Position numbers and translations under genes: made by a program
DNA from: Klebsormidium nitens
Taxonomy: Eukaryota; Plantae; Klebsormidiophyceae
Reading direction: 5' to 3'
Assembly (NCBI GenBank): GCA_000708835.1
Contig: DF236954.1
Span: forward strand, 1 to 64,000
DNA: 64,000 nucleotides
Notes under the pieces: model-generated
Database searches by the model: none
Told to the model about the DNA's origin: nothing
What the model saw: the letters and a program-made list of their open reading frames with translations, nothing else
Part shown: in pieces, positions 1 through 11,900 of the stretch
Numbering within the stretch: position 1 is the stretch's first letter
How the letters are laid out: each line of letters starts with the position of its first letter

Positions 1-3000
1 TTTTGGGTTTTTGCTGGCGGCAGTCAACGACACTTTGAAGCACCGTGCCAATGCACGTGCTTCGAGGCTCTGTACAGAAGCCTGGCTCAACTGGCCTAGC
101 ATGATCTCCAGGTGCACTCGGCTTTCCTGCTCATCATGCTGAGCAATCAGCTCGAAGCAAACAGCTCAAGCACCGTTTGGATAAAAACCCATCAGATGCT
201 TAGGCAAACAGCCGCTGCCTTGGAGAGCGCATTGGCTCAGGCAGGAGCAAAACAGCTCGGTGTCTTGACTGCTGCCACTTGCTCCCGAAAAATGACACAA
301 ATGATGAGGGAGACTTACCGATTTCAGGGGGGCTGTGTTAGAGCCCAGAACACTGCAGTTTGATCGAACAACCTGCGAGAACTAAACAGACACAAAGGTC
401 GACAAAGTGACTCTTAATGCGAGCCACTTGAGGCTTTTAAGTCTGTCGCTCGTGTCCTGGACGGTATCGTGGTTCTTAAAGCAACCCAAGATCATGAGTA
501 GCAAAAAAGCTACGAAGCCCCCTGAGCTAGAAAGACGAAGGACAGGGTTCACATCCCCAGAGTCCGCCTACCCGCTATACATGATAACTCTCGTAAAAAG
601 ATTCTCAATGATGCATGACATATCATTGAATGCCAGCTCCCCGCCAGCTCCAGTAGTTGTCTTTGTTCAATCCTAACGTGTTTTCCATTCACTAGTCGAA
701 AGGTGCCCAATCTAGAGACTGACAAATTGAGCCCATGACTACCGCCCGTCCAAAAGTTACCTACTTCTGAACAAAGCGCCAGACCTGTGGTGTTTGGCAA
801 ATGTATGCAATCGATCGACAGAGACCTTGTGCTGACAGTTATAATTTTGTGTATTAGAAGCAAAGGGCAACCAACAGCAAAGACTTGCAAGACACTCTTC
901 CGATCCTATGAATATCTTACCTGCCGCTTTCAGATCCTTGAAGCGTTCTTACCTGCATTTTGTGAGCCTGGAACAGGCAATACTACCTGAGCTGGAGAGG
1001 TTGGAGAGGATTACCTGGCACGCCACGAGTTCGCCCCGCAGACTGCGTGAAGACCCCAAGCCCAGTCGCGGTGATGCTCCGTCCAATGAACCTTGTTGAC
1101 TAACGCCTGCCTGCACGGAAGACTTTTCAGCGTTTTGTTGATTTGTTGCACCGGCCCAGGCTCAGCTAGGACCTAGACAATAGAGTATCCCCAATAGAGT
1201 CTAGACTAGGAAATACAAGGCCATGCCACGTGTGCAAGGAGAACCAATGAAATGCAAGAACTGGGGATTGCGGCGAGGTGACGTGACCGTCACCAACCAC
1301 CATGTCGTGACGCGGCCGGCCGCGTGAAACCGCGCGAAGGTACCGCGCCCGCGGCCTCAGTTAGACAACTTATGACTACTATGGACTTGGGATTTGCGGG
1401 CGCGGCCGCGCGGCTGCGCGCACGGCCGGCACACCACAGTAGTGCATGCCTGCGCGCCCGCTTGAGCCCTCCTCCAAATCGACGGACGCCGGTTGTGAGG
1501 CAGCGTCATGCTAGCAACGCGCCCCATAAAAGCCACGCGGTCACTAATTGCTAACGGCCGGTCCTGCTTGAAGCTGAAGGCGCAAAGCGCTTGCAAACAC
1601 AAGCAACGAGCATGATTTTTTTCATCTTTTTCAAAGTTTCACGTTAGAACATTCCTGTACAGTCGTAACTCATGACTGAGCAAACTAATCCGTTGCAAAA
1701 CAAGTCTAGAGCAAGCCGAGGACGGCTTTCAGGATGGTCCTGTCAATCAAGTTAGTGAGGCGGCGGCAGGCCGCCTGGCGCCCCGTCTGGCTCGCGCCTT
1801 CGTTCTGGAACGCCGCCGATCCGGGGGCCAGATCGGAACATTCCGCTTTGTTGAATGACCAGTGGTTGGTGGACAAGGCGGACCGAGGTCCCAGTCTGAG
1901 GTCCTACAACTGATACGGGGAACTTGTACCAAAAAATGAGTTGACTTCCACGAGTTAACTCCGAGTTAAAGCATCAATGGCCCATCCGCCTATTTTCTCG
2001 ACTTCGTGGGGTAGCTCCGTTCTGTTCGTCACACGTAGACCTGCGCCTGGATCATGTTGTGCAATCAGATTGATCAAACCCGGCGCATCAGTTCTATTGT
2101 TGCGTCCAAAGGCAAAGCGCCTGCGTGCACATATTGGACGAGAGTGCCGCCCAGTCTCTTCCATCACCCTCCAGAATACATTAGTAAGACGGCAGGCCAG
2201 AGTCCTTCTCTGTTTCCTTCTCCTTCGCGACATGATTCTTCTTACGATCAACCTCACATCAGATTCTTTGCAGGAACGTACATTCTAAAAGAACGGGCGG
2301 CTTTCTCCATGCGTCGGAGCTTGACCGTTAACAGTAGAATTGACTGGTTAAAGCACCTCCCCGTGGTGAATTCCAAAAGCCCAAAGGCAAGTGCCGGGTG
2401 ATTCTCGAGTAGCGCTTCCGGGTCTGACAAGCCTCGCCCCCAACATGCGCCGCCAAAGTCGTCTACCGACCAGCGGTGAGCGGAGTCCGATTGCTATCCG
2501 ATGGATCCTCCAGGTTTGCTAGGTTCTGCTGACACTGCTCTGCCCGACCAGAATCAACTGGGCCCACGTGCAGTACTTGCAGCCTGTTCCGCACTCCCTT
2601 GAGTCCGGGGTTTCGCGAAAGAACTAGGGGGGCGAGCTGATCCGGCCCTTGAGAGACCGCCAATGATCATGACCAGCGACTTCGTCAGCACGAAATTGTT
2701 CTCAATCAACTTTGGCCGGCTGCCACGTCAGCCCAAAGATGACGAGCGCTGCAACAGTCAATGGGCATCAGAATACACGAAGAGGTTGTCATTGGCTTCC
2801 GTCCGACGGGCGCAGGCGTAACCAGTGAGCACGAATGTCGTTGGCAACATGCGTGGACCAGCTATTGTACAGGGGAACGAGGAGCCTTGGAAATACATGA
2901 TGCTCGAAGCTGGATCGAAACAACGTGTCAAAATTAATTTGCTTTTCGCAGTGATGATGTTTGTGGACAATTTTTTTGCAGCCGACCGCCGTGAATGCAG

Positions 3001-3382
3001 CCCCGGTAAAATCACCCGGGTTGAACAGTTTTCCTTCACCCCAACTCATCTTTCAGGCCAGGAGGGCACTCAGACAACATCGACGTATTTGAACGTGGCA
3101 TCCGTTGGCTACAAAGGGTGACGGACCTTGCGTCGAGTCTCGCGCTTTTCGAGTCAGACGGGAATTGCGGACCGGCACAGCTTGATGCCTCGCGCTGAGG
3201 TCTGATGTTTAGCAAGAGCTGAGAGGTCCAGGCAGCCGTAATGGTCTCCTAAGTTGGCCACGGTAGTCTCCTGACTCGGCCATTCCGGTCTCTTGAGTTG
3301 GCCACTCCGGTTGTCTGAGGCGGTCATTTGGTCTCCTGGGGCGAATTTCTCCGCCCTGCTGAGACGGAACTCCGGTCTGCAG

Positions 3383-4337
3383 GTTCAAAGCGGAGCTGCT
3401 GCTGCGGAACGACGCGAATCGCCTGTGCCGAGCCGGCCCACGGCGGGGCTGTTCACGGAGCTCGGCGACCATGCTGCTCTTTGGGGCGGACCCGGACGCT
3501 GCCGACTACGACGGACGGATCGGACGGTGAGCATTCCGGATAAGTTGCTCGCGTGTCCACCCAATGCCAAGAGTTTTGAGTGCTTGAGGCTCTGAAAGGA
3601 ACAGCTTGAACTTATGTGGATCTTGCAGCTGAGGTTTGCTACCGTCGGCAGGATTTTTTTGTTAAAGTTGAAGCACCCAGGAGTTATACTTCTTGCTTGA
3701 GTCTGACTTTCTGTCCTTATGCAGTCCCTACTTCGCATTTTTGCCCGAACCTCCCCCTGATGCTCCTCTCTCAGTATCCACTAGTGGCCTTGTCCTTGGA
3801 AACCTTAGAGCCGGCCCTTTTGAAGGACGGACACATGTGAGCTGCATCTTCGTTCCTGGTCATGCTACTCTTTGCTCTCATTCCGTGCAAATTCGTGATT
3901 GCCTCATATATTGCTGTTCACTTCTTTCCTACGACTACGAAGAATTGCTCTTCAGAAAGTAGGCGCGAAAGCAAAAAGAATGAGAACATAACCAAAGCAC
4001 TGAAAATTGAACAAGGGGACGAGGAAGAAGGAACGAGTATGAAGCAGAGATGTTGCTGCGATCATGGGCCCCGATGCAACAAGATCCGTTTCTCACGCAA
4101 CTTTCCCGGCCATTTTATACCGGCGCCCCCTCCCGCAGGCATTTCACATCGGAGGACCGCGTCAGCAGCGCGCGCGCGCTGCTCGCCGCCCATGCTGACG
4201 TCAATTGCCGGGACCAGGGGAATCAAACCCGTCTAAACGAGGCGCTACGGGCGCAGCACCACGCGTTGGCGGAATGGAGACGCCAGGGTACGAGAAAATG
4301 GGAAGAGCGGCTGGCGCAGGACCGCCCGGGAAAATAA
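3383..4337 (+). pseudogene. Degraded two-exon ankyrin-repeat fragment resembling the C-terminal ANK region of Shaker-type K+ channels (SKOR/GORK-like)
   Basis: Exon 3383-3526 (cag| ... |gtgag) reads FKAELLLRNDANRLCRA...MLLFGADPDAADYDGR. The exon from 4139 reads (A)FHI..SEDRVSSARALLAAHADVNCRDQGNQTRLNEALRAQHH. This matches the LC..V..GD...LL..G.NPN..DYD.RTPLH.AASEG...A..L...GA.V...DRWGN.PLDEA pattern. Frameshifts at or near the exon junction and after FHI; no channel exons found. Confidence 0.65.
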
Positions 4338-6692
4338 AAGGGAAGCGGACGTCCGGAGTGAAACTTTAAGGGGTGCCCAGAGTGGGTCGACCGGGGGGAG
4401 AGAGAGATCTAGGGAGGAGGAGCCCGCAGGCGGCGCAGGAGAGGGAGCTAGGGGACTAGAGTTGGGAGGGGGCGGCTCAGGAGTGCTCGGGAGAAGGAAC
4501 GGAGACTCTGGAATGGGGAGTCCGAGGCGAGGCAGGAGAAAGTTGAAAGGGCTCTGCGCAGGAGGGGAACGTTCGATGCAAGACTGCTCGAGGAGAGGGA
4601 ACGGGGGTCAGGGAAGAAGAGCGGGAATGCAGGGCAGGTGCAATGGCAGGTGCCCGGGAAAAATTCTCGAGAGATCGGTTCAGGGGGGCGGACGGCTGAA
4701 AATGCTCAGTCGCCACGTGGAGACAAAGATCCGGGGGTCGGGATTGGCGAAAATACACAAGCTAAGAAGGGAGGAACGAGAACGCGCCACGAGAACACGC
4801 TTTTTAAAGCGTAAGTTCACATGATACTCCAGTACGATCTCGAAGTAGAACCTAGCCTTGCTTGGTCGACGTCAACTTCGTTCAACGGCAAGCAAATCAA
4901 AATCTTCGTTATGATCGAGACAACAAGCAAAGCGGAGGAGCAAAAAGGAGCACCGAAAAGGGAAAGGATGAGTGCACGAGGAGAAAACGAGGTTCACCTA
5001 TAGACACTTCCTGCCAACTCAGCCTGATTGTGTCAGGACATTTCTCAGTGCTCACTAATGCAGCCAGGTAGGGAAGCAGATTTAGTGGTTATGGCAATAA
5101 GAATGACACCGGAGTCGCATTCTGTAGCTGGAGTTTCTAAACATCATCTCGATGACAGACAGCTTCATGTGGTGCTTTCGCAAGGCAGCAAGCTTCAAGA
5201 ACACCAGCATTAATCAAAAGGCTAAGTGCAGTCGGGTAAGAAGGTCTACTTCATCTTCTTGTGCCGATCAAAGAAACCTTCAAGGCAGGACGAGGATTCT
5301 GACACGGCCTTGCAACCTTGTCGGCCTCTCAGATTCCTGAGTCATGCCCGCATCGGACCTTTCCTTCCTGACGTGGTGGGACAGAACGACCGCTGCAGAT
5401 CATGAGAGATTCGATCGAGATTTAAACTGGTAATCTCAAGGACCCAAAGCCCAAGTGCCGTTGAGTCGCTTTGGCTATGTATGTTATTGTGACAGAGCTT
5501 GAAGGAACACTGGAAGTAAAGTTTCGTGGCCTCTTCGATGACTCCAACCAAAGTCACCCTGAGCTGCCGTATGAAGTTTTTCCACGCACCTGCTTTGGAC
5601 GGGGTTTTTGTGTCGACCGACATTTTCTCATTGGATAAGCGCAGGACAGAGCCTCGGGCGCGCTCTGTTCTGCCTTTCCTTGATGAGGACGACAAACATG
5701 TTATGGTCCCGGCTGCAATCGTGACTAACAACAGCTTTTGGATTCGAGGAAAGTTTGCCAGGGCCACGTTCCAACGTGGAACGAAGCAACAAATGGAACG
5801 GTTGGAAGGACGGTGACGTTATCTACACTCTACCCAAGCGTTCGATCTCAGATCTACCAGCTTGCAGGCATGTTTTCTCAATCTTACTTTACATCTGGTT
5901 CCTGTTGTGATGTCACTGTGCTTCGCGTTCTTGGCAATCGGATTCTGGCGCGAACTAGAATCGGATGGTGCATCTGGGCTAAGCTGTTGGCGCCAACCGT
6001 ACAGCCGGTGCGGCGAAGCTGGAGGAAGCGCTGAAGATCGTGGCGGGGACAAATGAAGGGAGCATCCACTGCTGCAGGTGCCCCGCGTCCTGGGGACCAA
6101 GCAGGCCTAGAGCGACTGTACCCCTAAAACCCTCTGAAAAGCAGGATTATGCTGAAACACACGGTTTGCAGTTCCATATAAGACGAAGATCTTTGTACGA
6201 AAAGACTTCGAACGAATTCAAAATCTCGTCCAGAATTTGATAGGCTGAAAGTCGCATTTGGCCTGGAGGTGGACCGGCTCCGAGTCGAGCTTGAAGTATG
6301 GCAGGGCTCGTGGATGATCCGCGGACCAACAGAAAAGGGTGAGCATCAGAACCAGCGTTTCTACGTTCCAAAATTGCACAAATCAGATCTCTTCGAACTG
6401 TGGTGCATCTAAATACAACTGATCCTTCAATTGCAAGCATTCTCCGCCCGTTATTGGATCCTGCTTGATCAGCTGTGGCATTGCCAATGATCTCGTGTAA
6501 CGCTTTCATTGATCAACCAGTGGTAGGTGCTGTATATCCATTTCCTCCGAGCATTCATTGGAAGCTCGAACTCTCAGACTCAAGCATATTTAGTACGTGG
6601 CAGCCGAATCAAGACCTTTTACCCTGGTTGTTTGCAGCAGGGACTACCGAAGCTGCTTCGACATCGCGGAAACATCTACATCGTTCTGACCA

Positions 6693-6860
6693 TTGCTGGA
6701 ATAATGAGGATTTCATCAGAAACCTTACCCCCCGACAAATTGTTGCCTTTCAGTGGCCAGAAAGGTGCCCACCAGATTGGCGCCAATCAACGCACTTGTT
6801 TGGCGTTAGAAGGGCACCAATGGTGCCTTCAGCGATTTGAAATTCTCATTATTCCAGCAA
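6693..6860. repeat. Fold-back element with 23-bp inverted repeat arms
   Basis: 6693-6715 TTGCTGGAATAATGAGGATTTCA pairs with 6838-6860 TGAAATTCTCATTATTCCAGCAA (22/23); 122-nt spacer containing small hairpins. Confidence 0.8.
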
Positions 6861-6888
6861 CTTGCGTACTCTGGTGCAGTCAAAAGCG

Positions 6889-7062
6889 TGGAGCTGGCGG
6901 GACTCGAACCCGCATCTCTCAGACGCGGCCCATCCGGGCGGTGCTCGGAGCCTCATTCTGGAGGCCCCGGCAGGGACTTGGCCACTCGCGCGGGGCGAGG
7001 ACCTTTTGCCCCTAGGCATATCAGCCCTTGTCTTGGCGCTCTACCAATTGAGCTACAGCCCC
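6889..7062 (-). ncRNA. tRNA-Ala-like structured RNA gene, copy 1 (174 nt; anticodon loop replaced by a multi-hairpin insert)
   Basis: Minus strand: GGGGCTG-TA-GCTC-AATTGGTA-GAGC-G-CCAAGAC ... GTCTGAG-AGAT-GCGGG-TTCGAGT-CCCGC-CAGCTCC-A. Acceptor stem with G3:U70, intact D and T arms, A and B boxes. CGC then TTTT follows the 3' end; TATA-like TTTATATA about 40-48 nt upstream. Confidence 0.85.
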
Positions 7063-8971
7063 TCTTCCATACGTGCGGTGTTTTGAGGATAAGGTGTCCC
7101 CATATATAAACAGCGCCAATTGTCACTCGATGATCTGTGGGCCGAGCTTGTGTGACTTGAGAACCGTTGATCGAGCTGGGCAAGGACATTGACGATCCGA
7201 TGGTGCAATCGATAGAAACCATCAGAAGCAGTCTCTAAGCCCGGACAGTCCGTGACGAGGACCAAAATGCTCAATGAGCTGGACTTCTCAAAGCTAGAGC
7301 GAAGCCTGCACAGAGGATCGATTCATTGCAGGATGTCGAAGGCTAGAGGAGCGCTCTGTGACAAAATTATGGCCCAGCAGCATAGATTGGTCTGCTTGCC
7401 GGATACCACTCATGAACTGCCTTTCCGTGAAATATGGAGCTTTTATTGCTTATCTCTGGTAGTGGACCTTACAAATCATGCGAACGGAGAAGAGATTGAA
7501 GAGATTCGATATTGCTGTGCTCTGATTGCTTAGACCGTTTGGAATTATATGTTCCAATGATCCATCGAGCATCGAGGAGCTCGTCAAATACTCCGCTTGT
7601 TCCATGAGTGTTGGTGTCGAAGTGACAGTCTGCACGGATGCTCCAATATTGCAAGCATCCATAAATTAGATGCTAAACTAGGGTTGATCTAGAAACGCGC
7701 ACTCCTGCAAGACCAGCGAAAGCAGAATTCGGCGCCATCCTCGCATAAGGCGTTCGCAATGATGTGGCCGTGTACGAACCGTATGTATGCACCCACATGA
7801 TCAACGCTTGAAATGAGCGAGAAAAAAAGAGCAACATCTTCCACATATCAGAACTGGACAGGCTGGCATGCCACATGCACCCCGCGGTGCATATGTTTTC
7901 TAGCTTAGTAGAGCATGCACATTGACCGACTAGAGCTGCATGACATAATTGGCGGGATGCATCAGGACATCTCATGAGCCGTTCGCATTAACCCTGGCAC
8001 TTTCAGAGCAGGCTAGCTCACCAGCCGGTCTGCTCGACAACTAGTCTACAGAACTGTTGACAATTACCGCAGTCACGGCCGGGCAGATTGCTCATGCATC
8101 GATCCAAAAGCAGGAAACCATGCGCGAGTCCACAAAGACTATTGCATTTCACTAACTTGCAACCTTGCCGTCTTTGACCAATCCGCATCTGTACAGTATC
8201 CGTAGGGCGCTGTTTTCATCCGACAAACTTTTTCTCGATAAACTTGGCCCATCCCGAGCTCCTAACTTACATATTCGATCTTCCAACAAAACTAGCCTGT
8301 CAGTCTTGCTGGTTGTATCACTCTACGACTTCCGAGCCCTTCGTATCTTGCATAAGCAGGTTTGTTGAACACGGCTCCTCGCACTGATCCTATCAAGCTC
8401 CTTCTTTCAAACCCTTAAATATGATTGCATTGTCGCTCATCGAGAAGACTACGTTTCGTGAACCATATCTGCTGAGCTATATCTGAGCAACGGTCAAAGG
8501 CACATGTTTGCACTAAGCTTCGGGAAACAAGAGTTGTCGAACATTGGGCTTAAGTGCCGCCACCGGTCCGTCCGCCTGTACGGCAACAAAGCAGGGCTCT
8601 GACATCGAAGGACCCGACAAAAGCTAATGCTGAGAGTGTGACAAATGCATGCGCTTCAATTGTGGCGAAAGCATTCTGGTGTCTGCCTGGTTGAAAAATC
8701 CATCTCTGTGTTGGACCTTTGCCGAAAAAATGGACGGAGGCGGGGTCGAATCCAAGCAGATTGCTTCATTGGTCCAGGTATGCACATTTACACCGTTGAA
8801 AAGTAAGCTCAGATGACAAGATTCATACTAAAGGACGAGGAAATTAACCCTTGGATGCCAAGAATCTGACCATTGACGACGATAAGATACAACAAAGTGA
8901 TGGAAACCAGAGGAAACGTGAACGCCGACGCTTAACAAAAAAGGCCAACTCGTTCCAGCTAAAAGAACTTT

Positions 8972-11900
8972 TCACAAAGCCTCAAGATTGGACACGAAGC
9001 TAGACCGGCTTAGCAAGAAGGTGACCTGCAAAGGGCTGAAAAAGGAGCCTACGTGTGCGGGTAACAAGAGTTTCCGTCTTCATCGCGTCGACAACGACAC
9101 GATATACTTCGTAGACCGCGCAAATTCCCAAACGAGCTCACCAGAAGTATAAAGTGCATCAGTTGGCGGACTGCATCCGTGACGTCGTTGGAGGTGCGCG
9201 CGTACGAGGCCGCCCGGAAGGTCGTGATGGCGGCCGCCAAAAGGTCGCCCTGCATCAGGCGGGCCACGTAGTGCGCGTCGTGCCTCAACAGGCACGCGCG
9301 CAGGAACTCGACGGCTATCATCGCGACGCGCGGCTCCGCGTGCCCGGCCAGCCGCGCCACCGCTTCGAGGGCGCCGTGACGGAAGACGAATGGCCTGGAA
9401 TAGAAGATTGGGAAACGCTGGATAGGGACTCTGTGTTGGTTGATTACACTGACGTTGTATTTGAAGCGGGTTCGTTCCGTCAAATTCAGTTCCCCTCGCG
9501 GAACGTCTGCGGACTGGGAAGGGGGGTACTTGGGAAGTGCAGTGAAACGATTTTGTTAGTTGGTCGGCAGGAACGAGCACGAGACACCTGTTCTTCTCGT
9601 TTCCGTGTCGCAAAGATTCAGGACGTGACTGCTTGGTTGAGCAACCTGACTTTGTTAACGTACAGCACCCAAACGGCGCACTGACCACAGGTGCAAACTA
9701 TGGGAAAGTATCGAAAGTGCGCCATCCAAGGGAACAGTGTTGAATATGACTTCACTGAACAATGGTGGGTTGGCAATTTGATAATCCAAGAAAAAGTCAA
9801 GAAAAACACATGGAAAGTGAGTTCCTTGAAAGCTTTACCAGAAGGAGCGGATGCGTCAATCCTAACTGCAGCTCGTGCTTAATCCGTGAGAACACAAAAA
9901 CAGATGGCAGCCTTTCGTGACATGAGCCAAATTCTTCAAGGCTTCTTTTGCCGCATACAAAGGATGTCGCTTAGAAAAGAAAAGCGCTTCTCCTGCAAAC
10001 CGACCAAGAGCCTATTGAATGCAGATACCCAGATCGAAATGCGAGTGGCACGTACCGAAGCCTGGTGCCGTGGTGACGCACGCAGTACATCAGCAGCGCG
10101 CAAGCGCGGACCACCCCATCGATGTCGTCAGGCGAAACGCGGGTTGAAGCGCTGACGTCAGCGTTCGCTTGCGCCACCGTCTGCTTGATGATGACGTCAA
10201 GGAGCGGGTCGAGGCAGAGCCAGTCAGACGTCTGCACGCAGTATAAAATCAAAGTGGCGAGCGATGAGCGCGTGTTTTCTGGTGAAGGGCGATGCGGCTT
10301 CAAACAAGGTGGGCATCTGTAAAGAGCCGGACGGAATCATAGGAGTAGCTGACTCCTCTGGAGGGGAGTGAGATCTGCTGGTTTCCAGAGGTAAGGAGAC
10401 ACCTATTATCTGCACCCGTCAAGTGCGTGCTGCGTCGACACGCCTGCTAAGTAGTTTCTTCAAGCAACGTTTCTAACTGCAAAGATATAGAACCAGTACA
10501 AGCAAGCCTGGGCGTACTTTCTTCGCAGGACACTGGATGAACACGTCGCACACTGCTCAGGCAGTCTAACAATTGCTCACAAATGCCTGTTGCTGCTATG
10601 CACTGCAGCATGTGGCTCTGCAATGCGCGGCTAAAGTACCGGGTCTGTTACTAAGACGGGTCATAGAGGAGGTTGAATCAGTCGACACGATTCTAAGCAG
10701 TCGCTCAAGCAACTCAGTGGGTGAGATTGCCGACCACACGTTTATCCCAACAATGATATCTGATCCAAAAAAGTTTGCACTTCATATCGCCCCAAGGTGT
10801 GTTGACCGCTGCTCTAGCCTCGACCGTCAGCGGCGTCGGTTAAAAACTCTGCTAGTTCAAAGCAGACGCTTTGCCGTCAGCTCACCGGTACGAGGTCGAT
10901 AAGAGCCCGGGTGAGCACGAGGAGCAGCGTCTGGAGGGGCGCGTCGTCGGTGCGGAGCATCTCGCCCACGACGCAGAACCGGTCGATGATGCCCCGGAGA
11001 TACTCGATGTGCTTCCGGAGCAACGCGACGTAGCGCGTCATGAGCATGAGGACACCCGCGGACGCGAGCCAGAGTGACTGGTCACGGTTGTCCTTGGGCG
11101 CGAAGCACGCGCGGAGCGCGCGGCGCAGGCAGCGGAAGGACAGGGCCCGGCGGTAGAACTGCTTAACCTGCGGAGGAAGTGGAGAAGGCTGGAAACAGAC
11201 AGCGAAATCAGTAAGGTGTGCTGCAAGCGGAGCAATGTGACGCCCATGTGGCAGATAATATACGCGGACTCACGAAGAGAGGGAAATTTGAGGAAGAGGT
11301 TTTCAAGCTCAACTTCAGCGCGGTTGGTTAAAGCTTAGGGCGAATGTCAGGGTGCGGTGCGCATTGTTGTTGCAGGTTAGACTCATCCTTTGCATCCCAT
11401 TCTTGGGCAGAACACGTGTTCAACGCCGTGCTTTCCTCATCGCCTAGGGTACACTTCCAAGCATTGGTTGACGAAACGAGCAGCGAAGCGGTTGTCAAGA
11501 CTCAACATGACTCCCGTGCCACAACTCGGCAGCCAACACAAAAGAATGGCGAAAAGGAGTACAGTGATTTGAACAAAGTGTGTACGATACAAGAAGCTTT
11601 CTGCTCGGTCTGCCGTCAAATGAATATCGCCAAACGGCCAGAATCGATGTTGCTCACTGCCAAATCAACTTGTTTGAGTTTGGCGCAGGAGCAGCTCACG
11701 TGACGAGGGGAGAGGTACTCGGTTGCCGTATTGAGAGCTTCGACCAGAGAGTTCATAACGTTCTGAAGGCGCGGCCCGCTCTTGAGCCCCGCTTTGCACC
11801 CCTCCTTCACGCGGTCAAGGTCCTTGTTCAATATACTCTGCACGTAAAGCAGGGTTACTGACTCGGACATCGGGCACCACGTTCGGCTTGCCGTCTTGTC

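Noticed and set aside
2758-3039. Possible PIF1/Helitron helicase C-terminus
   Set aside because: Resemblance is superficial; the diagnostic FAMTINKSQG and GQLYVALSR motifs are absent.
4340-4830. ORFs in purine/G-rich tracts (4462-4824; likewise 40474-41152)
   Set aside because: Low-complexity G/A-rich sequence downstream of stop codons; the translations are compositionally biased with no domain.
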